Counted from the stretch's first letter, positions 22,002 through 32,427 are shown. The stretch is 58,820 nucleotides of DNA from Candidatus Limnocylindrales bacterium (GCA_035559535.1 DATMBG010000043.1:124001-182820), one strand, 5' to 3'. The notes: generated by a model not told the origin, from the letters alone. Made by a program: numbers and translations.

Positions 22002-22101
22002 GCCATTAAGTTAAAAATGGAAGAAGACGCTCCACCCTTTCCCTTCCCCTGCAGTAGCAGAGGAAGGGACTGGGAAGGAGACCTTAACTTAACCTCATGG
22101 C
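22002..22101. repeat. Nested inverted repeat, MITE/REPIN-like
   Basis: Outer GCCATTAAGTTAA / TTAACTTAA...ATGGC. Inner stem TCCCTTCCCCTGC-AGTA-GCAGAGGAAGGGA (22040-22069). Confidence 0.6.
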
Positions 22102-22117
22102 TCGACGGGAAGGTTAG

Positions 22118-22144
22118 GTAGGGCGAAGGAACGCTTCGCCCTAC
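22118..22144. repeat. GTAG-type REP-like hairpin
   Basis: GTAGGGCGAAG-GAACG-CTTCGCCCTAC, a perfect 11-bp stem. Confidence 0.7.
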
Positions 22145-22173
22145 ACGTCTTTAGATAGAAGAATAACCTTACA

Positions 22174-22629
22174 ATGACTGAAGAGAATTCCCTTAGAAAA
22201 CGGTTAGACGAAGAAATAAAAGCTGCCATGAAAGCTCAAAATAAAACGCGACTTTCGGCGCTTCGATCTATTAAATCGGCTGTTAGAAACAAGGAAATCG
22301 ACCTCCACAAAGAATTATCCGATGTAGAAATCCAGGACGTCGTTGCCACCCTGGTTAAACAACGCAAAGATTCCATTGAGCAATTTTCTAAAGGAGGTCG
22401 TGGAGATCTGGTTGCGCAAGAAACCGGTGAACTGAATGTACTTTTAGAATTTCTTCCTCAACAATTAACCGAAGCAGAAGTAGAAGCTATCGTTGATAAA
22501 GCCCTTGCTGAGTTGGGTGCTTCTTCTATAAAGGATCTGGGCAAAGTCATGAAACATGTGATGTCCCGGGTAGCCGGTCGAGCGGAGGGCAGGATGGTAA
22601 ATGAGATTGTGAGAAGAAAGTTAGGCTGA
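22174..22629 (+). CDS. yqeY: GatB/YqeY domain protein
   Basis: AAMKA...KQRKDSIEQF...GR.DL...FLPQQL...DLGKVM. Confidence 0.92.
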   Translation: MTEENSLRKRLDEEIKAAMKAQNKTRLSALRSIKSAVRNKEIDLHKELSDVEIQDVVATLVKQRKDSIEQFSKGGRGDLVAQETGELNVLLEFLPQQLTEAEVEAIVDKALAELGASSIKDLGKVMKHVMSRVAGRAEGRMVNEIVRRKLG

Positions 22630-22646
22630 AGGGATAACAGGGTGAA

Positions 22647-22815
22647 ATGACCTTTCACCGCCAACATCACCCTATAAGCCTCTTTAAATCTCGACCTATT
22701 CTTTAGCTTATTGCACACACACTCCCTTCATTTCAGATATCACAGCATCGAGATAAACCCAATCAGGTTTCCCGGCCGGGATCATTTCCAGCACCACCAA
22801 CCATTACCTGTATCT
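22647..22815 (-). pseudogene. Degraded response-regulator receiver domain
   Basis: The minus strand reads TGNG / VLEMIPAGKPDWVYLDAVISEMKG / VCNKLKNRSRFKEAYRVMLAVKGH across frameshifts, matching the receiver consensus NG..ALE...PDLVLLD..MP.M.G..VC..LK......VIMLTAKG. Confidence 0.65.
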
Positions 22816-22846
22816 GGACCGGTCTGTTTTGACAGAATTAATCGGG

Positions 22847-22875
22847 TTGACAGAATGATTCTAGGGTAGTAAGCT
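22847..22875 (+). promoter_or_regulatory. Putative sigma70 promoter
   Basis: TTGACA-17 nt-TAAGCT upstream of the 22938 gene. Confidence 0.45.
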
Positions 22876-22937
22876 GTGATAGATTGAAAGAGTCTTTAAA
22901 ATCGATTTAATTTGATCCTAAAGAGGAAGATTCGCAG

Positions 22938-23732
22938 ATGGCTTTCACAGTTCAAGAGTATTTAGATTTGGTACGGCTCCTAGCCGAGCATCCAGAATGG
23001 CGCTCGGAGTTACGGCGTTTGCTTTTGTCTGAAGAGCTACTGGAGCTACCGCAGATTGTACGAGAGCTGGCTGAGGCTCAGCGGCGGGCTGAGGGGCGAT
23101 TGGAGCGACTGGAGGCTACTGTGGCCGAGTTAGCCGAGGCCCAACGACGGACCGAGGAGCGATTGGAAGCCTTAGCCGAGGCCCAACGACAGACCGAGGA
23201 GCAGCTAAGAGAGCTGATTGAGGCCCAGCGTCAGGCAGAAAGGAGGTTAGAGAAGCTGGAGTCTACTACTAAAACTTTGGTTGACAGGGTTGGTGATATC
23301 GCAGGGCGTTCCTTGGAAGCAGCCTATCGTGAAAAGGCTATGGCTTATTTTGGCCCTTTTCTACGAAAACCTAGAGTAATTGCGTTCCACACTTTGGAAG
23401 AGGTACTGGAAACCCAACTATCGTCCGAAGAGTTTAAGGACCTGTTGCAACTCGACCTATTGGTTAAGGGTAAACCTCGCTCTTATCCCCATATATCCGA
23501 GGTATTATTGGCTGTAGAAATCTCTACCGTTGTGGATCAAAAAGATTTGGATCGCGCTCAGCGGCGAGCTGCTCTGCTCCGTCGAGCTGGCTATCAGGTA
23601 ATTCCTGTAGTGGCTGGAGAACAGATTACTCCCGAAGCAGAAGATGAAGCCCGCCTTCATAAGATAGCCGTGCTGCAGGATGGAAGAATTTCCTTCTGGG
23701 ATGAAGCCCTACAGACCTGGATAACTCCCTGA
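22938..23732 (+). CDS. Coiled-coil repeat protein (LAEAQRR-type heptads) with a C-terminal PD-(D/E)xK-like domain
   Basis: Four L(A/I)EAQR repeats, then E...D-L-L-V...AVEIS, a restriction-endonuclease-like pattern. GAGGA RBS. Confidence 0.8.
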   Translation: MAFTVQEYLDLVRLLAEHPEWRSELRRLLLSEELLELPQIVRELAEAQRRAEGRLERLEATVAELAEAQRRTEERLEALAEAQRQTEEQLRELIEAQRQAERRLEKLESTTKTLVDRVGDIAGRSLEAAYREKAMAYFGPFLRKPRVIAFHTLEEVLETQLSSEEFKDLLQLDLLVKGKPRSYPHISEVLLAVEISTVVDQKDLDRAQRRAALLRRAGYQVIPVVAGEQITPEAEDEARLHKIAVLQDGRISFWDEALQTWITP

Positions 23733-23756
23733 GGACAGAACGAGGAGGAAACTTTA

Positions 23757-23830
23757 ATGGCTTTTACTATTCAAGAGCACTCAGATTTAGAAAGCTCTTG
23801 AGTGGGCATCTGCAGTGGCGTTCAGAATCA
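23757..23830 (+). pseudogene. Degenerate duplicate of the 5' end of the 22938 gene
   Basis: GAGGAGG RBS plus MAFTIQEHSDL-[frameshift]-KLLSGHLQWRSE, against MAFTVQEYLDLVRLLAEHPEWRSE. Confidence 0.75.
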
Positions 23831-24161
23831 GGTCAATTACTTCTATGTTTTCCTATAACCTTGTACTAAGCCTTATAAATCCCCCGAAGTTCATTAACCC
23901 TCCTTCAAGTGGTCCTGCACAAAACAAGAACTACGAATTTGCTTGTAATATCCTTCATAAATTTTTTTACCTTTTAAGTATTCTAAGTATTAAAAACCGA
24001 GACTATCTCTACGATCAAAAAATTCGCTGTATAACTCTATTTACCTATAGATAGGCGACTTTGTAAATATTTTCTGTCGAAAAATAAGAATTTTGAGGTT
24101 ATATTAAATAAGTTGAATGACCTGTTGGTGTTAGGACTTGCAAGTTTAAAAGTTTGAAATT

Positions 24162-26543
24162 ATGATCCAAAGTTTTTTATCAGATGCCCAGACATTTCGA
24201 GCCCTCGAATTCGATAAAGTTAAAAGTTACCTCGAAAATTTTGTAACTTCAGAGTTGGGAAGATCCTGGATACAGGCCCTGGAACCTTCCTCGGATAAGG
24301 GAGTCATAGAAACCCGGCTTACTGAGACCAGCGAGGTTAAGGAAATTCGATCCCTACACGGTCCCCTTCCCTTGGAAGGGCTGGAAGATATACGAGAATC
24401 CTTGTATAAAGTCAAAGTAGAGGGGTCCCTGCTGACTCCCTTGGAACTCCTGGGAATTTGTCGGGCCCTGGAGGTTGGAAAGCGGACCAAGAGGTTTATT
24501 ACAAGATTAACGACCCCCTATCCTCATCTCCTTAAAAAAGTCGAGCAGATTCACGTTCTGGAAAATCTTGAACAGATTATTCGGAGGGCCATTAACGATC
24601 AGGGGGAAATATTGGATAGTGCCAGCTTAAAACTCAAAAAGATCCGTCAAGATCTAAGGCTGACCCGGGATCGGATTCAGAATTCCCTCAAAGATCTATT
24701 TAAACGGAGCGATCTGCAAAAAATCATCCAGGAACCCCTTATAACCATCCGAAATAACCGGTATGTGATTCCGGTTAAGACCGGGTTTCAAAGTAAACTT
24801 CGCGGCATCATCCAGGATCAATCCCTGAGTGGAGCTACCGTCTTTCTGGAACCTATAGAGATAGTAGAACTGAACAATCGGCTCATCACTCTGGATGCCG
24901 AGGAACGGGAAGAAATTTATAAAATTCTCTTAGAACTTTCCACCAAAGTTCGAGAACATCTGGAAGCCATCCAAATAACGACCGATATCCTGGGAGAGAT
25001 TGACTTTATCCAGGCCAAAGCACGATTAAGTGAGAAATGGAAAGGAACTCAACCCAGGATCTGTGAAGATAAATGTATCAGTCTGATCCAGGCCAGACAT
25101 CCGTTATTGTTGATTCAACATGAGGGGGAAGAGCATAAGGTTGTTCCCATCGATGTTCGGATAGAAAACGAGATTAATATGCTCTTAATCACGGGTCCTA
25201 ACACCGGAGGTAAGACGGTATCCCTCAAAACGATTGGACTCCTTATTCTGATGACACAGGCAGGCCTTCATATTCCGGCGGATATCCACAGCGAACTTCC
25301 TTTATTTCAGAAGGTATTCGCAGATATCGGGGATCTACAAAGTATAGAGCAAAATCTGAGTACGTTTTCTTCCCATATCAGTCGAATAGTGCATATTCTA
25401 AGTCATGCCGATGCGCGAACTCTGGTTTTGTTGGATGAATTAGGGGCCGGGACCGATCCAGCAGAAGGAGCTGCTTTGGGCATCGCTATTCTGGAATACC
25501 TGGACCAGATTGGAGCTAAAGTGGTGGTAACCTCCCATCACGATTCCTTAAAAACCTTTGCTTATACCCATCCGCGAGCTTTAAACGCCAGTGTCGAATT
25601 TGATATCAACACCCTATCCCCCACTTATCGGTTGTTGTTTGGGTTGCCTGGAAAAAGCAATGCTTTTATCATTGCCTCTCGATTGGGTTTACCGGAGAAT
25701 ATCGTTCAAAGAGCCCGAAGCTTGATGGGTTCTGAATTTATTCGGCTTGAAAAGTTGATCCAGAAACTTACGACGGATAGTGAGTTTATTGAAAAAGCCC
25801 GGGAAGAGGCGGAGCAAAGCTACGCTCTGGCAAAACAAGCCCAGGAGAAATGGTTTACAACCGTCCAAACCCTTGAACGAGAACGTCAGGATATTTTAAA
25901 TCGAGCCACCACGGAGGCTAAAGAAATCGTTGACGCAGCCCGTAGGAAAGCAAAATATATTCTGACTCAAATGCAGACGGTAGAAGAACGGCAAGCGGTT
26001 AAACTCCTGGAAACCTTGAAGCAGGATTCCCAAAAACTAAAAAATCGCATTCAGCAGTCCTCGAAAGTTTTGCAAAATATTTCCCCATCCGGGGAGCTTC
26101 ATATTGGTCAGTTCGTTCAAATCCCTTCCTTAAATCAGAAAGGTACAATTCTTGGATTAAATAAAGATAAAAAGACGGCAGAAGTTCAGGTGGGTTCGGT
26201 TAAATTACAGATTTCTACTTCCCAATTGGTTCCCCTGAGCAAGCCGATCTCTCCTCCGGTAGAAGAGGTTCAGCCTACCCTGGGAATAGAACCTGTTAAA
26301 GATGAAATAGTCCGGGGAGAAATCACGTTAGCCGGAAAGCCGGTAGCTACTGCTTTAGAAGAACTGGATAAGTTTTTAGACGAAGCCGTTTTAGCCGGCT
26401 TGTCCAGTGTAGCTGTCATTCATGGCATTGGGACCGGTAAGCTAAAAGCGGCCGTTGAAAAAATGCTATCAACCCATCCCCATGTGGCGGCCTATAATAC
26501 AGCCGAACATTATGGGGGGATAACCCTCGTTAAGTTGAAGTAA
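24162..26543 (+). CDS. mutS2: Endonuclease MutS2
   Basis: ITGPNTGGKT, DIGDLQSIEQNLSTFSSH, LDELGAGTDP, coiled coil, KOW-like segment and Smr domain (IHGIGTG). Confidence 0.97.
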   Translation: MIQSFLSDAQTFRALEFDKVKSYLENFVTSELGRSWIQALEPSSDKGVIETRLTETSEVKEIRSLHGPLPLEGLEDIRESLYKVKVEGSLLTPLELLGICRALEVGKRTKRFITRLTTPYPHLLKKVEQIHVLENLEQIIRRAINDQGEILDSASLKLKKIRQDLRLTRDRIQNSLKDLFKRSDLQKIIQEPLITIRNNRYVIPVKTGFQSKLRGIIQDQSLSGATVFLEPIEIVELNNRLITLDAEEREEIYKILLELSTKVREHLEAIQITTDILGEIDFIQAKARLSEKWKGTQPRICEDKCISLIQARHPLLLIQHEGEEHKVVPIDVRIENEINMLLITGPNTGGKTVSLKTIGLLILMTQAGLHIPADIHSELPLFQKVFADIGDLQSIEQNLSTFSSHISRIVHILSHADARTLVLLDELGAGTDPAEGAALGIAILEYLDQIGAKVVVTSHHDSLKTFAYTHPRALNASVEFDINTLSPTYRLLFGLPGKSNAFIIASRLGLPENIVQRARSLMGSEFIRLEKLIQKLTTDSEFIEKAREEAEQSYALAKQAQEKWFTTVQTLERERQDILNRATTEAKEIVDAARRKAKYILTQMQTVEERQAVKLLETLKQDSQKLKNRIQQSSKVLQNISPSGELHIGQFVQIPSLNQKGTILGLNKDKKTAEVQVGSVKLQISTSQLVPLSKPISPPVEEVQPTLGIEPVKDEIVRGEITLAGKPVATALEELDKFLDEAVLAGLSSVAVIHGIGTGKLKAAVEKMLSTHPHVAAYNTAEHYGGITLVKLK

Positions 26544-26638
26544 TTTCAAGAAGTACCGAAAACTAAAATTCAGAAGGGAATGTGAAGGTGATCCTCACGT
26601 GAGTTCTTTTCGACTTCTGGTTCCCGATCTCTAAAGCC

Positions 26639-27076
26639 ATGAAAATCCTGGTTGATGCCGATGCCTGTCCGGTCAAAGACATTATTCTGGATCTGGCTAA
26701 GCAACGAAATCTGAAAGTTATCTGGGTGGTTTCCCTCAACCACTATTCCCGAAGAGAGGATCCTGTCCAGGTTGTGGTGGTTGATGCGCTTCCTCAAGCG
26801 GTAGATATAGCCCTTATCAATCGGGTTGAACCCATGGATATCGTTGTGACACAGGATTACGGTCTTGCGGCTTTGGTTCTGGGTAAAAAAGGAAAGGCCA
26901 TTTCTCCAGCCGGATATATTTTTACCGAGAGGACCATGGATTCGTTGCTGGAGAAAAGGCATCTACGGGCTACGGCCAGACGAGCCGGTTTTAAAATAAA
27001 AGGACCCAGGAAACGGGATCTAAAAGATGATCAACGATTCCGGAGGAATTTAATTAACCTGTTAGATGGAGAGTAA
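26639..27076 (+). CDS. YaiI/YqxD (UPF0178) family protein
   Basis: ILVDADACPVK, DIVVTQDYGLA. Directly upstream of dnaG, as yqxD is in Bacillus. Confidence 0.92.
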   Translation: MKILVDADACPVKDIILDLAKQRNLKVIWVVSLNHYSRREDPVQVVVVDALPQAVDIALINRVEPMDIVVTQDYGLAALVLGKKGKAISPAGYIFTERTMDSLLEKRHLRATARRAGFKIKGPRKRDLKDDQRFRRNLINLLDGE

Positions 27077-28865
27077 ATCTTATATTCCCGAAAATCTTAT
27101 CGAGGAAATCCGTCAGCGAGCCTCTATTGTAGAAGTCCTTTCCGAGTATGTACCCCTTAAAAAGGTGGGGGGGAATTATAAGGGGCTCTGCCCTTTCCAT
27201 CCTGAGAAAACCCCGTCTTTTACTGTTAATCCGCAAAAAGGGATTTTTCACTGCTTTGGTTGTGGCGTTGGGGGAAATGTTTTCTCCTTCCTCATGAAAC
27301 ATAAGCAGTACACTTTTCCTGAAGCCGTCGAATTACTGGCTAAAAAAACCGGCGTACGCTTACCTCCTGGTAGGGACCTGACGCGCCATGCTCCTACTAC
27401 CGATACGAAGGCCCTGGAGTTTCAGGAGAAACTTTATACCCTTCATAGAGAAGTGGCTTATCACTTTCATCATTATCTGGTGGGTTCCCAAGAAGGGATA
27501 GTGGCCCGTGAATATTTAAAGAAGCGAGGATTGGACGAGAACGTTATAAAAAGTTTTCTCCTGGGCTATGCCCCTCCGGGATGGGATCGACTCCGCCGGA
27601 AATTCTCCGAATATTCTGATGAAGTTCTCTTAGCAGCCGGCCTGGTTATTCAGCGAGAGAAAGGAGGAGGTTACTATGATCGATTTCGTCAGCGTTTGAT
27701 GATACCTATTTGCGATGATAAAGGTCGTGTGATTGCCTTTGGGGGACGTGCCCTTGGAGAAGAGGAACCTAAGTATTTAAATTCTCCGGAAACCCTCCTC
27801 TTCAGCAAGCGCAATACCTTATTTGGATTACATCTTTCCAAGGAAGAGATACGACGAGAAGGCTCTGCCATCCTGGTAGAAGGATACTTCGATTTCATAA
27901 TGCCCTTTAGTCGGGGGATCAAAAATGTGGTGGCTACCCTGGGAACTTCTCTAACTGCCGAGCATTTGAGGCTGCTACGTCCTTATACCCAGAAGGTATA
28001 TCTGGTATTTGATCCTGACGTGGCCGGGGTTAAAGCGGTTCAGAGAACCTTAGATTTATTTCTGAGCTCGGATATTCGAGCCTCTGTGGTTTCCCTTCCA
28101 GGAGGACGTGATCCCGATGTAGCCGTCCGGGAACTGGGTGTAGAGGGTTTTAAGGATTGCCTGAAAAGTGCTAAACCTTTGGTGGATTTTGTGATCGATC
28201 AAATAGTGGCCCGGTGGGATATAACGATTTTGGATAATCAAATTGCCTGTGTGAACGAAATTCTTCCTATTTTGAGTAAAATTTCCCATGAAGTGGAACG
28301 GATCGAATATCTTAAATTGGCTGCCACTAAGATCCAGATCTCAGATCAGGCCTTGCTGGAGGAACTGAAAAAAATTTCCTTTTCCCGTTCGGAAACTCCT
28401 AAAATTACCTCTAAAAAACGAAGAGCCCCTTCCCGGGAGGAATATCTGGTGGCCGCACTTCTTTGGAAACCGGATCTTATCGTTACTTTTAAAGATCAGT
28501 TAGATCCTGCTTATTTTACAGATCCCGTTTTGAAGAAAGTAATTTCGGAGGTCCTTGCCTTAGAGGATTATCCTTCCTCCCTTCAATCCAAAGCCCTGGA
28601 TCTTCTGGATCGAGAAGAGGACCGGAATTATCTTTCCAGCCTTTTCGTGAAGTTAAATCGGTCTTTTACAGATGAAAACGTCCAGATCATCGTTTCTGAT
28701 TGCCTTAAACGTTTGAAAGAGTTTCAGCTTCGAAGTAGTTGGCCGGCTCTAACCCGACAGATGTTAGATACCTATCAGAAAAAGGCTATCGAAGAAACCA
28801 TTTTGTTGCTCGAAAAGAAACGTGAGATTGTTAGGAAAACCAAGGAAATATTTTCAAAAGAGTGA
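27066..28865 (+). CDS. dnaG: DNA primase
   Basis: CPFH...CFGC zinc finger, YYDRFR, PKYLNSPET, TOPRIM VEGYFD and FDPDVAG. Confidence 0.98.
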   Translation: MESKSYIPENLIEEIRQRASIVEVLSEYVPLKKVGGNYKGLCPFHPEKTPSFTVNPQKGIFHCFGCGVGGNVFSFLMKHKQYTFPEAVELLAKKTGVRLPPGRDLTRHAPTTDTKALEFQEKLYTLHREVAYHFHHYLVGSQEGIVAREYLKKRGLDENVIKSFLLGYAPPGWDRLRRKFSEYSDEVLLAAGLVIQREKGGGYYDRFRQRLMIPICDDKGRVIAFGGRALGEEEPKYLNSPETLLFSKRNTLFGLHLSKEEIRREGSAILVEGYFDFIMPFSRGIKNVVATLGTSLTAEHLRLLRPYTQKVYLVFDPDVAGVKAVQRTLDLFLSSDIRASVVSLPGGRDPDVAVRELGVEGFKDCLKSAKPLVDFVIDQIVARWDITILDNQIACVNEILPILSKISHEVERIEYLKLAATKIQISDQALLEELKKISFSRSETPKITSKKRRAPSREEYLVAALLWKPDLIVTFKDQLDPAYFTDPVLKKVISEVLALEDYPSSLQSKALDLLDREEDRNYLSSLFVKLNRSFTDENVQIIVSDCLKRLKEFQLRSSWPALTRQMLDTYQKKAIEETILLLEKKREIVRKTKEIFSKE

Positions 28866-28962
28866 GACTACCTCTTGCAAATTAAAGATTTAGAGCTTAT
28901 ATTACGGTATATTTATTCCCCCCGGTAAGCGTAATCCCTCATAAACAGGAGGAAAACGTGCT

Positions 28963-30720
28963 ATGACTAAAGATGTACCCCTTGACGAGATAAAGCGACA
29001 GTTGATAAATCTTGGCAAGGAAAAAGGGTTTTTAACCTTCGAAGAAATTAATGATATTCTTCCCGCCGAAATTGTATCATCTGAGCAAATAGATGATATT
29101 CTGATCCTCTTAGAGAAATTTGACATCGATATCGTCGATGATCGACACCCTCGAGAACCGAAGTCCAACGGCATGGGTAAGAAGACCCGGGTGGTTGGCA
29201 AGATTGTAACCTCGGAGAATGTAGGTAAAACCGATGATCCGGTACGTATGTATCTCAGGGAAATGGGAGCGGTTCCTTTATTAACTCGAGAGGGTGAAGT
29301 TGAGATTGCCAAAAGAATCGAGAGCGGTCGAAAGGAAGTTCTTAAAGTGGTTACCGAGACCCGGATAGCGGTTAGGGAGATTTTAGCTTTAGCCAAGCGT
29401 TACATGGCCAATCGAATTAAAATCCGGGAGATTATTCAGGTTAGCGAGGGAGACGAACTGCAGGAGAATCGGATTGAGCAACTGGCAGAAAATTTTGTAG
29501 AATTGGCCAATCAGTTGAAAAAACATGAGAAAGAAATGACCCGGATTGAAGGCTTATTGATGGCCGGTGATTTGGATCCGGCTAAAAAGAAAGAGCTGGA
29601 AATGGCTAAAAAGGAGCAGTTGGCCAAAGCTGCCGAAGTGATGCAGCAGATGAATCTGCATCCCATGCAAATTAACCGAATCGTTAAGAAAATAGAAGTA
29701 CTCGTGGATCGTATTGAAAAAGGCGAAAGTGAAATCAAAGCCTGTGAAGAACAGGCTAAGATGAGCGTAAGTGAATTAAAGAAATACGCCCGCAAGTTGA
29801 GAAAGAGTAATGAAGCCGAACGAAAAGAATTGGAAAGGCAGACCAGCCTCTCTCTGGAGATGGTCGAAGAGCTTGAGCGGGTGATCCGTAATGGAAGAAG
29901 AAAAATTCGACGAGCGGAATTAGAAGCCTGTATGTCGGCAGCTAAGCTGAAACGTGCCCTCCAAAAAATTAGAACCGGAGAATTTAAGGCCGAAAGTGCT
30001 AAAAGTGAGCTTATTAAAGCCAATTTACGTTTGGTCGTCAGTATTGCTAAGAAATATACAAACCGTGGATTACAATTTCTGGATCTCATCCAGGAGGGGA
30101 ATATCGGCTTGATGAAAGCCGTAGATAAGTTCGAATACCGCCGGGGTTACAAGTTTAGTACCTATGCAACCTGGTGGATTCGTCAGGCTATTACCCGATC
30201 TATTGCTGATCAGGCCAGAACAATCCGAATTCCGGTTCATATGATCGAAACCATCAATAAGCTCATTAAAACTTCTCGATATTTAGTTCAAGAACTGGGA
30301 CGAAAACCGACTTCTGCAGAGATCGCCGAAAAGGTCGGGCTTCCGGTAGAGAAAGTTCGTAAGGTTATGAAAATAGCTCAGGAACCTATCTCTTTGGAAA
30401 CACCCATCGGTAAGGAAGAGGATAGTCACCTGGGAGATCTCATCGAGGATAAAGGGGTCATAGCCCCATCGGATGCAGTGGTAAGCATGGACCTCAAAGA
30501 GCAAACTCGCCAGGTATTAAGCACCTTAACCTACCGCGAGGAAAAAGTGCTGCGTATGAGATTTGGAATTGGAGAAAGTGGGGAACATACCCTGGAAGAA
30601 GTAGGCCAGGATTTCAATGTAACCCGAGAACGTATCCGCCAAATCGAAGCAAAAGCACTCCGAAAACTCCGCCATCCTACCCGAAGCCGAAAGTTAAGAG
30701 CTTTTCTGGATAGAACTTAG
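28963..30720 (+). CDS. rpoD: Primary sigma factor sigma70
   Basis: Region 1.1, [53 protein letters not shown]. Confidence 0.98.
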   Translation: MTKDVPLDEIKRQLINLGKEKGFLTFEEINDILPAEIVSSEQIDDILILLEKFDIDIVDDRHPREPKSNGMGKKTRVVGKIVTSENVGKTDDPVRMYLREMGAVPLLTREGEVEIAKRIESGRKEVLKVVTETRIAVREILALAKRYMANRIKIREIIQVSEGDELQENRIEQLAENFVELANQLKKHEKEMTRIEGLLMAGDLDPAKKKELEMAKKEQLAKAAEVMQQMNLHPMQINRIVKKIEVLVDRIEKGESEIKACEEQAKMSVSELKKYARKLRKSNEAERKELERQTSLSLEMVEELERVIRNGRRKIRRAELEACMSAAKLKRALQKIRTGEFKAESAKSELIKANLRLVVSIAKKYTNRGLQFLDLIQEGNIGLMKAVDKFEYRRGYKFSTYATWWIRQAITRSIADQARTIRIPVHMIETINKLIKTSRYLVQELGRKPTSAEIAEKVGLPVEKVRKVMKIAQEPISLETPIGKEEDSHLGDLIEDKGVIAPSDAVVSMDLKEQTRQVLSTLTYREEKVLRMRFGIGESGEHTLEEVGQDFNVTRERIRQIEAKALRKLRHPTRSRKLRAFLDRT

Positions 30721-30772
30721 AATAAACTACCTGGTACAACGCTTAACATAAGTATATTTCTTAGATTTAAAA

Positions 30773-30846
30773 GGGCCGTTAGCTCAGCCTGGTAGAGCAG
30801 CGGACTCATAATCCGTAGGTCGAAGGTTCGAATCCTTCACGGCCCA
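30773..30846 (+). tRNA. tRNA with CAT anticodon, probably tRNA-Ile2 (lysidine). CCA not encoded.
   Basis: Acceptor stem GGGCCGT/ACGGCCC plus A discriminator, anticodon loop CT-CAT-AA, T loop TTCGAAT. It lacks initiator features and resembles ileX-type tRNAs found near rpoD. Confidence 0.92.
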
Positions 30847-30891
30847 TAACCATTGATCCCTCTCATTTAAACCCTCCCCTACCCTTTTAAA

Positions 30892-31734
30892 CTACCCAGA
30901 TGGGAAACTCCGGACCAAAGCGTGGATTTCTATCAGTTGTCGCAAGAGTCCTGGAAGTTCTGCCAGTTTGAAGGCTGTGGCTGCATCGGATAAAGCCTCA
31001 TGGGGTTCTGGATGGACTTCCATAAAAAGGGCTTCACATCCAAGGGCCGTCGCAGCCCGGGCAAGGTGGGGAATAAATTCCCGCTGTCCCCCAGAACTGG
31101 ATCCGGCTCCACCTGGGAGCTGAACACTGTGGGTGGCATCGAAAATAACCGGATAACCGAACTTCTGCAGGATGGGAATAGATCTCATATCTACCACCAG
31201 ATTGTTATAGCCGAAGGAAGTTCCCCGCTCCGTCAATAAAATTTTTCGATTCCCTGCAAATTCTATTTTTTTGACCACATGTTCCATATCCCAAGGAGCC
31301 AAAAACTGACCTTTCTTTACGTTTACGACCCGCCCACTTTCGGCTGCTGCCAAAACCAGATCCGTCTGCCGACATAAAAAAGCAGGAATTTGAATAACAT
31401 CCAAAACCTCTTTCGCTACCTCTACCTGATTCGTCTCATGGACATCCGACAAAACCGGTATCTTAAATTTATCTTTGACAGCCTGAAGCACTTCAAGCCC
31501 TCGAATTAATCCAGGACCTCTGAATGAATGGATCGAGGTTCGATTGGCCTTATCATAAGAGGCTTTAAAAATCAAAGGAATTCTCAAATCCGACGTGATT
31601 TCCTTGAGCTTCTCGGCTACTCGTAAAGTATGCTCGGGACTTTCTATCACACAAGGACCGGCTATAAGAACCAGAGGATTCCCACCACCTATTTTTATCG
31701 GACCTACCCTGACTTCTTGACTGAGGTTCATCAT
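30892..31734 (-). CDS. kdsA: KDO 8-phosphate synthase
   Basis: AGPCVIES, KASYDKANRTS, IPAFLCRQTDL, KKGQF, DATHSVQ. Confidence 0.97.
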   Translation of the reverse strand: MMNLSQEVRVGPIKIGGGNPLVLIAGPCVIESPEHTLRVAEKLKEITSDLRIPLIFKASYDKANRTSIHSFRGPGLIRGLEVLQAVKDKFKIPVLSDVHETNQVEVAKEVLDVIQIPAFLCRQTDLVLAAAESGRVVNVKKGQFLAPWDMEHVVKKIEFAGNRKILLTERGTSFGYNNLVVDMRSIPILQKFGYPVIFDATHSVQLPGGAGSSSGGQREFIPHLARAATALGCEALFMEVHPEPHEALSDAATAFKLAELPGLLRQLIEIHALVRSFPSG

Positions 31735-31827
31735 GGATTCTCTCCTTTCCTTATAAAGGACTAAATGACTTATCTTAAAAAAGAATTTTTAAAAGGGGTT
31801 TAAATAGGGTTCCAAACCATTTGCCAT

Positions 31828-32427
31828 TTACCTTAGAGTATTTAAATAATCCCAGCTACCCATATAACGTCTCAAAACCCTGGCAACCTCAAACAAAGGA
31901 AGTCCAACAATATTGGAGTAAGAGCCTTTGATAGACTCTACCAGAACAGCACCCATTCCTTGAATACCATAAGCTCCAGCCTTATCTAGAGGTTCTCCTG
32001 TTTCAACGTACCGGGTAATCAGATCCTCCGAAAGCACTCCAAAGGTTACATCGCTCGTGACCTCTAAAGATTCCTGAATTCCTCGCTCTACACAACGGAA
32101 GGCAACACCTGTAATAACCTGATGGGTGCGCCCACTTAATTGCCGTAACATTTCGGCAGCTTTTTCAGGGGAGTCGGGTTTACCTAAGATATTCCCGTCT
32201 AAATAAACAATCGTATCTGCTGCAATAATAAGGGCCTCAGGTCGGATTTGTGCCACTGCTGTAGCTTTCCGTTCAGCAAGTATTCTGACGGCTTCTCCAG
32301 GTGGTAAGGTTATTTCAAAGTCTTCCGATATATAACTCGGAATGACCTCAAACTTCACCCCGATTTGCCGGAGGAGCTCTTGACGTCTTGGGGAGGCAGA
32401 TGCGAGAATAATATTCAGATCCTTCAT
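31828..32427 (-). CDS. maf: Maf/YhdE nucleoside triphosphate pyrophosphatase
   Basis: LASASPRR, ADTIV, LSGRTH, DKAGAYGIQG, NIVGLP. Confidence 0.95.
   Translation of the reverse strand: MKDLNIILASASPRRQELLRQIGVKFEVIPSYISEDFEITLPPGEAVRILAERKATAVAQIRPEALIIAADTIVYLDGNILGKPDSPEKAAEMLRQLSGRTHQVITGVAFRCVERGIQESLEVTSDVTFGVLSEDLITRYVETGEPLDKAGAYGIQGMGAVLVESIKGSYSNIVGLPLFEVARVLRRYMGSWDYLNTLR

Noticed and set aside
22775-22810. GGAGND RTX-like motif on the minus strand
   Set aside because: It is a single occurrence, and the other frames fit a receiver-domain remnant better.
23815-24054. 79-aa plus-strand ORF
   Set aside because: AT-rich spacer with no RBS or motif, beginning inside the paralog remnant.
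30773-30892. tRNA as the integration site of a genomic island
   Set aside because: No integrase, no duplicated tRNA 3' end noticed, and housekeeping kdsA follows directly.
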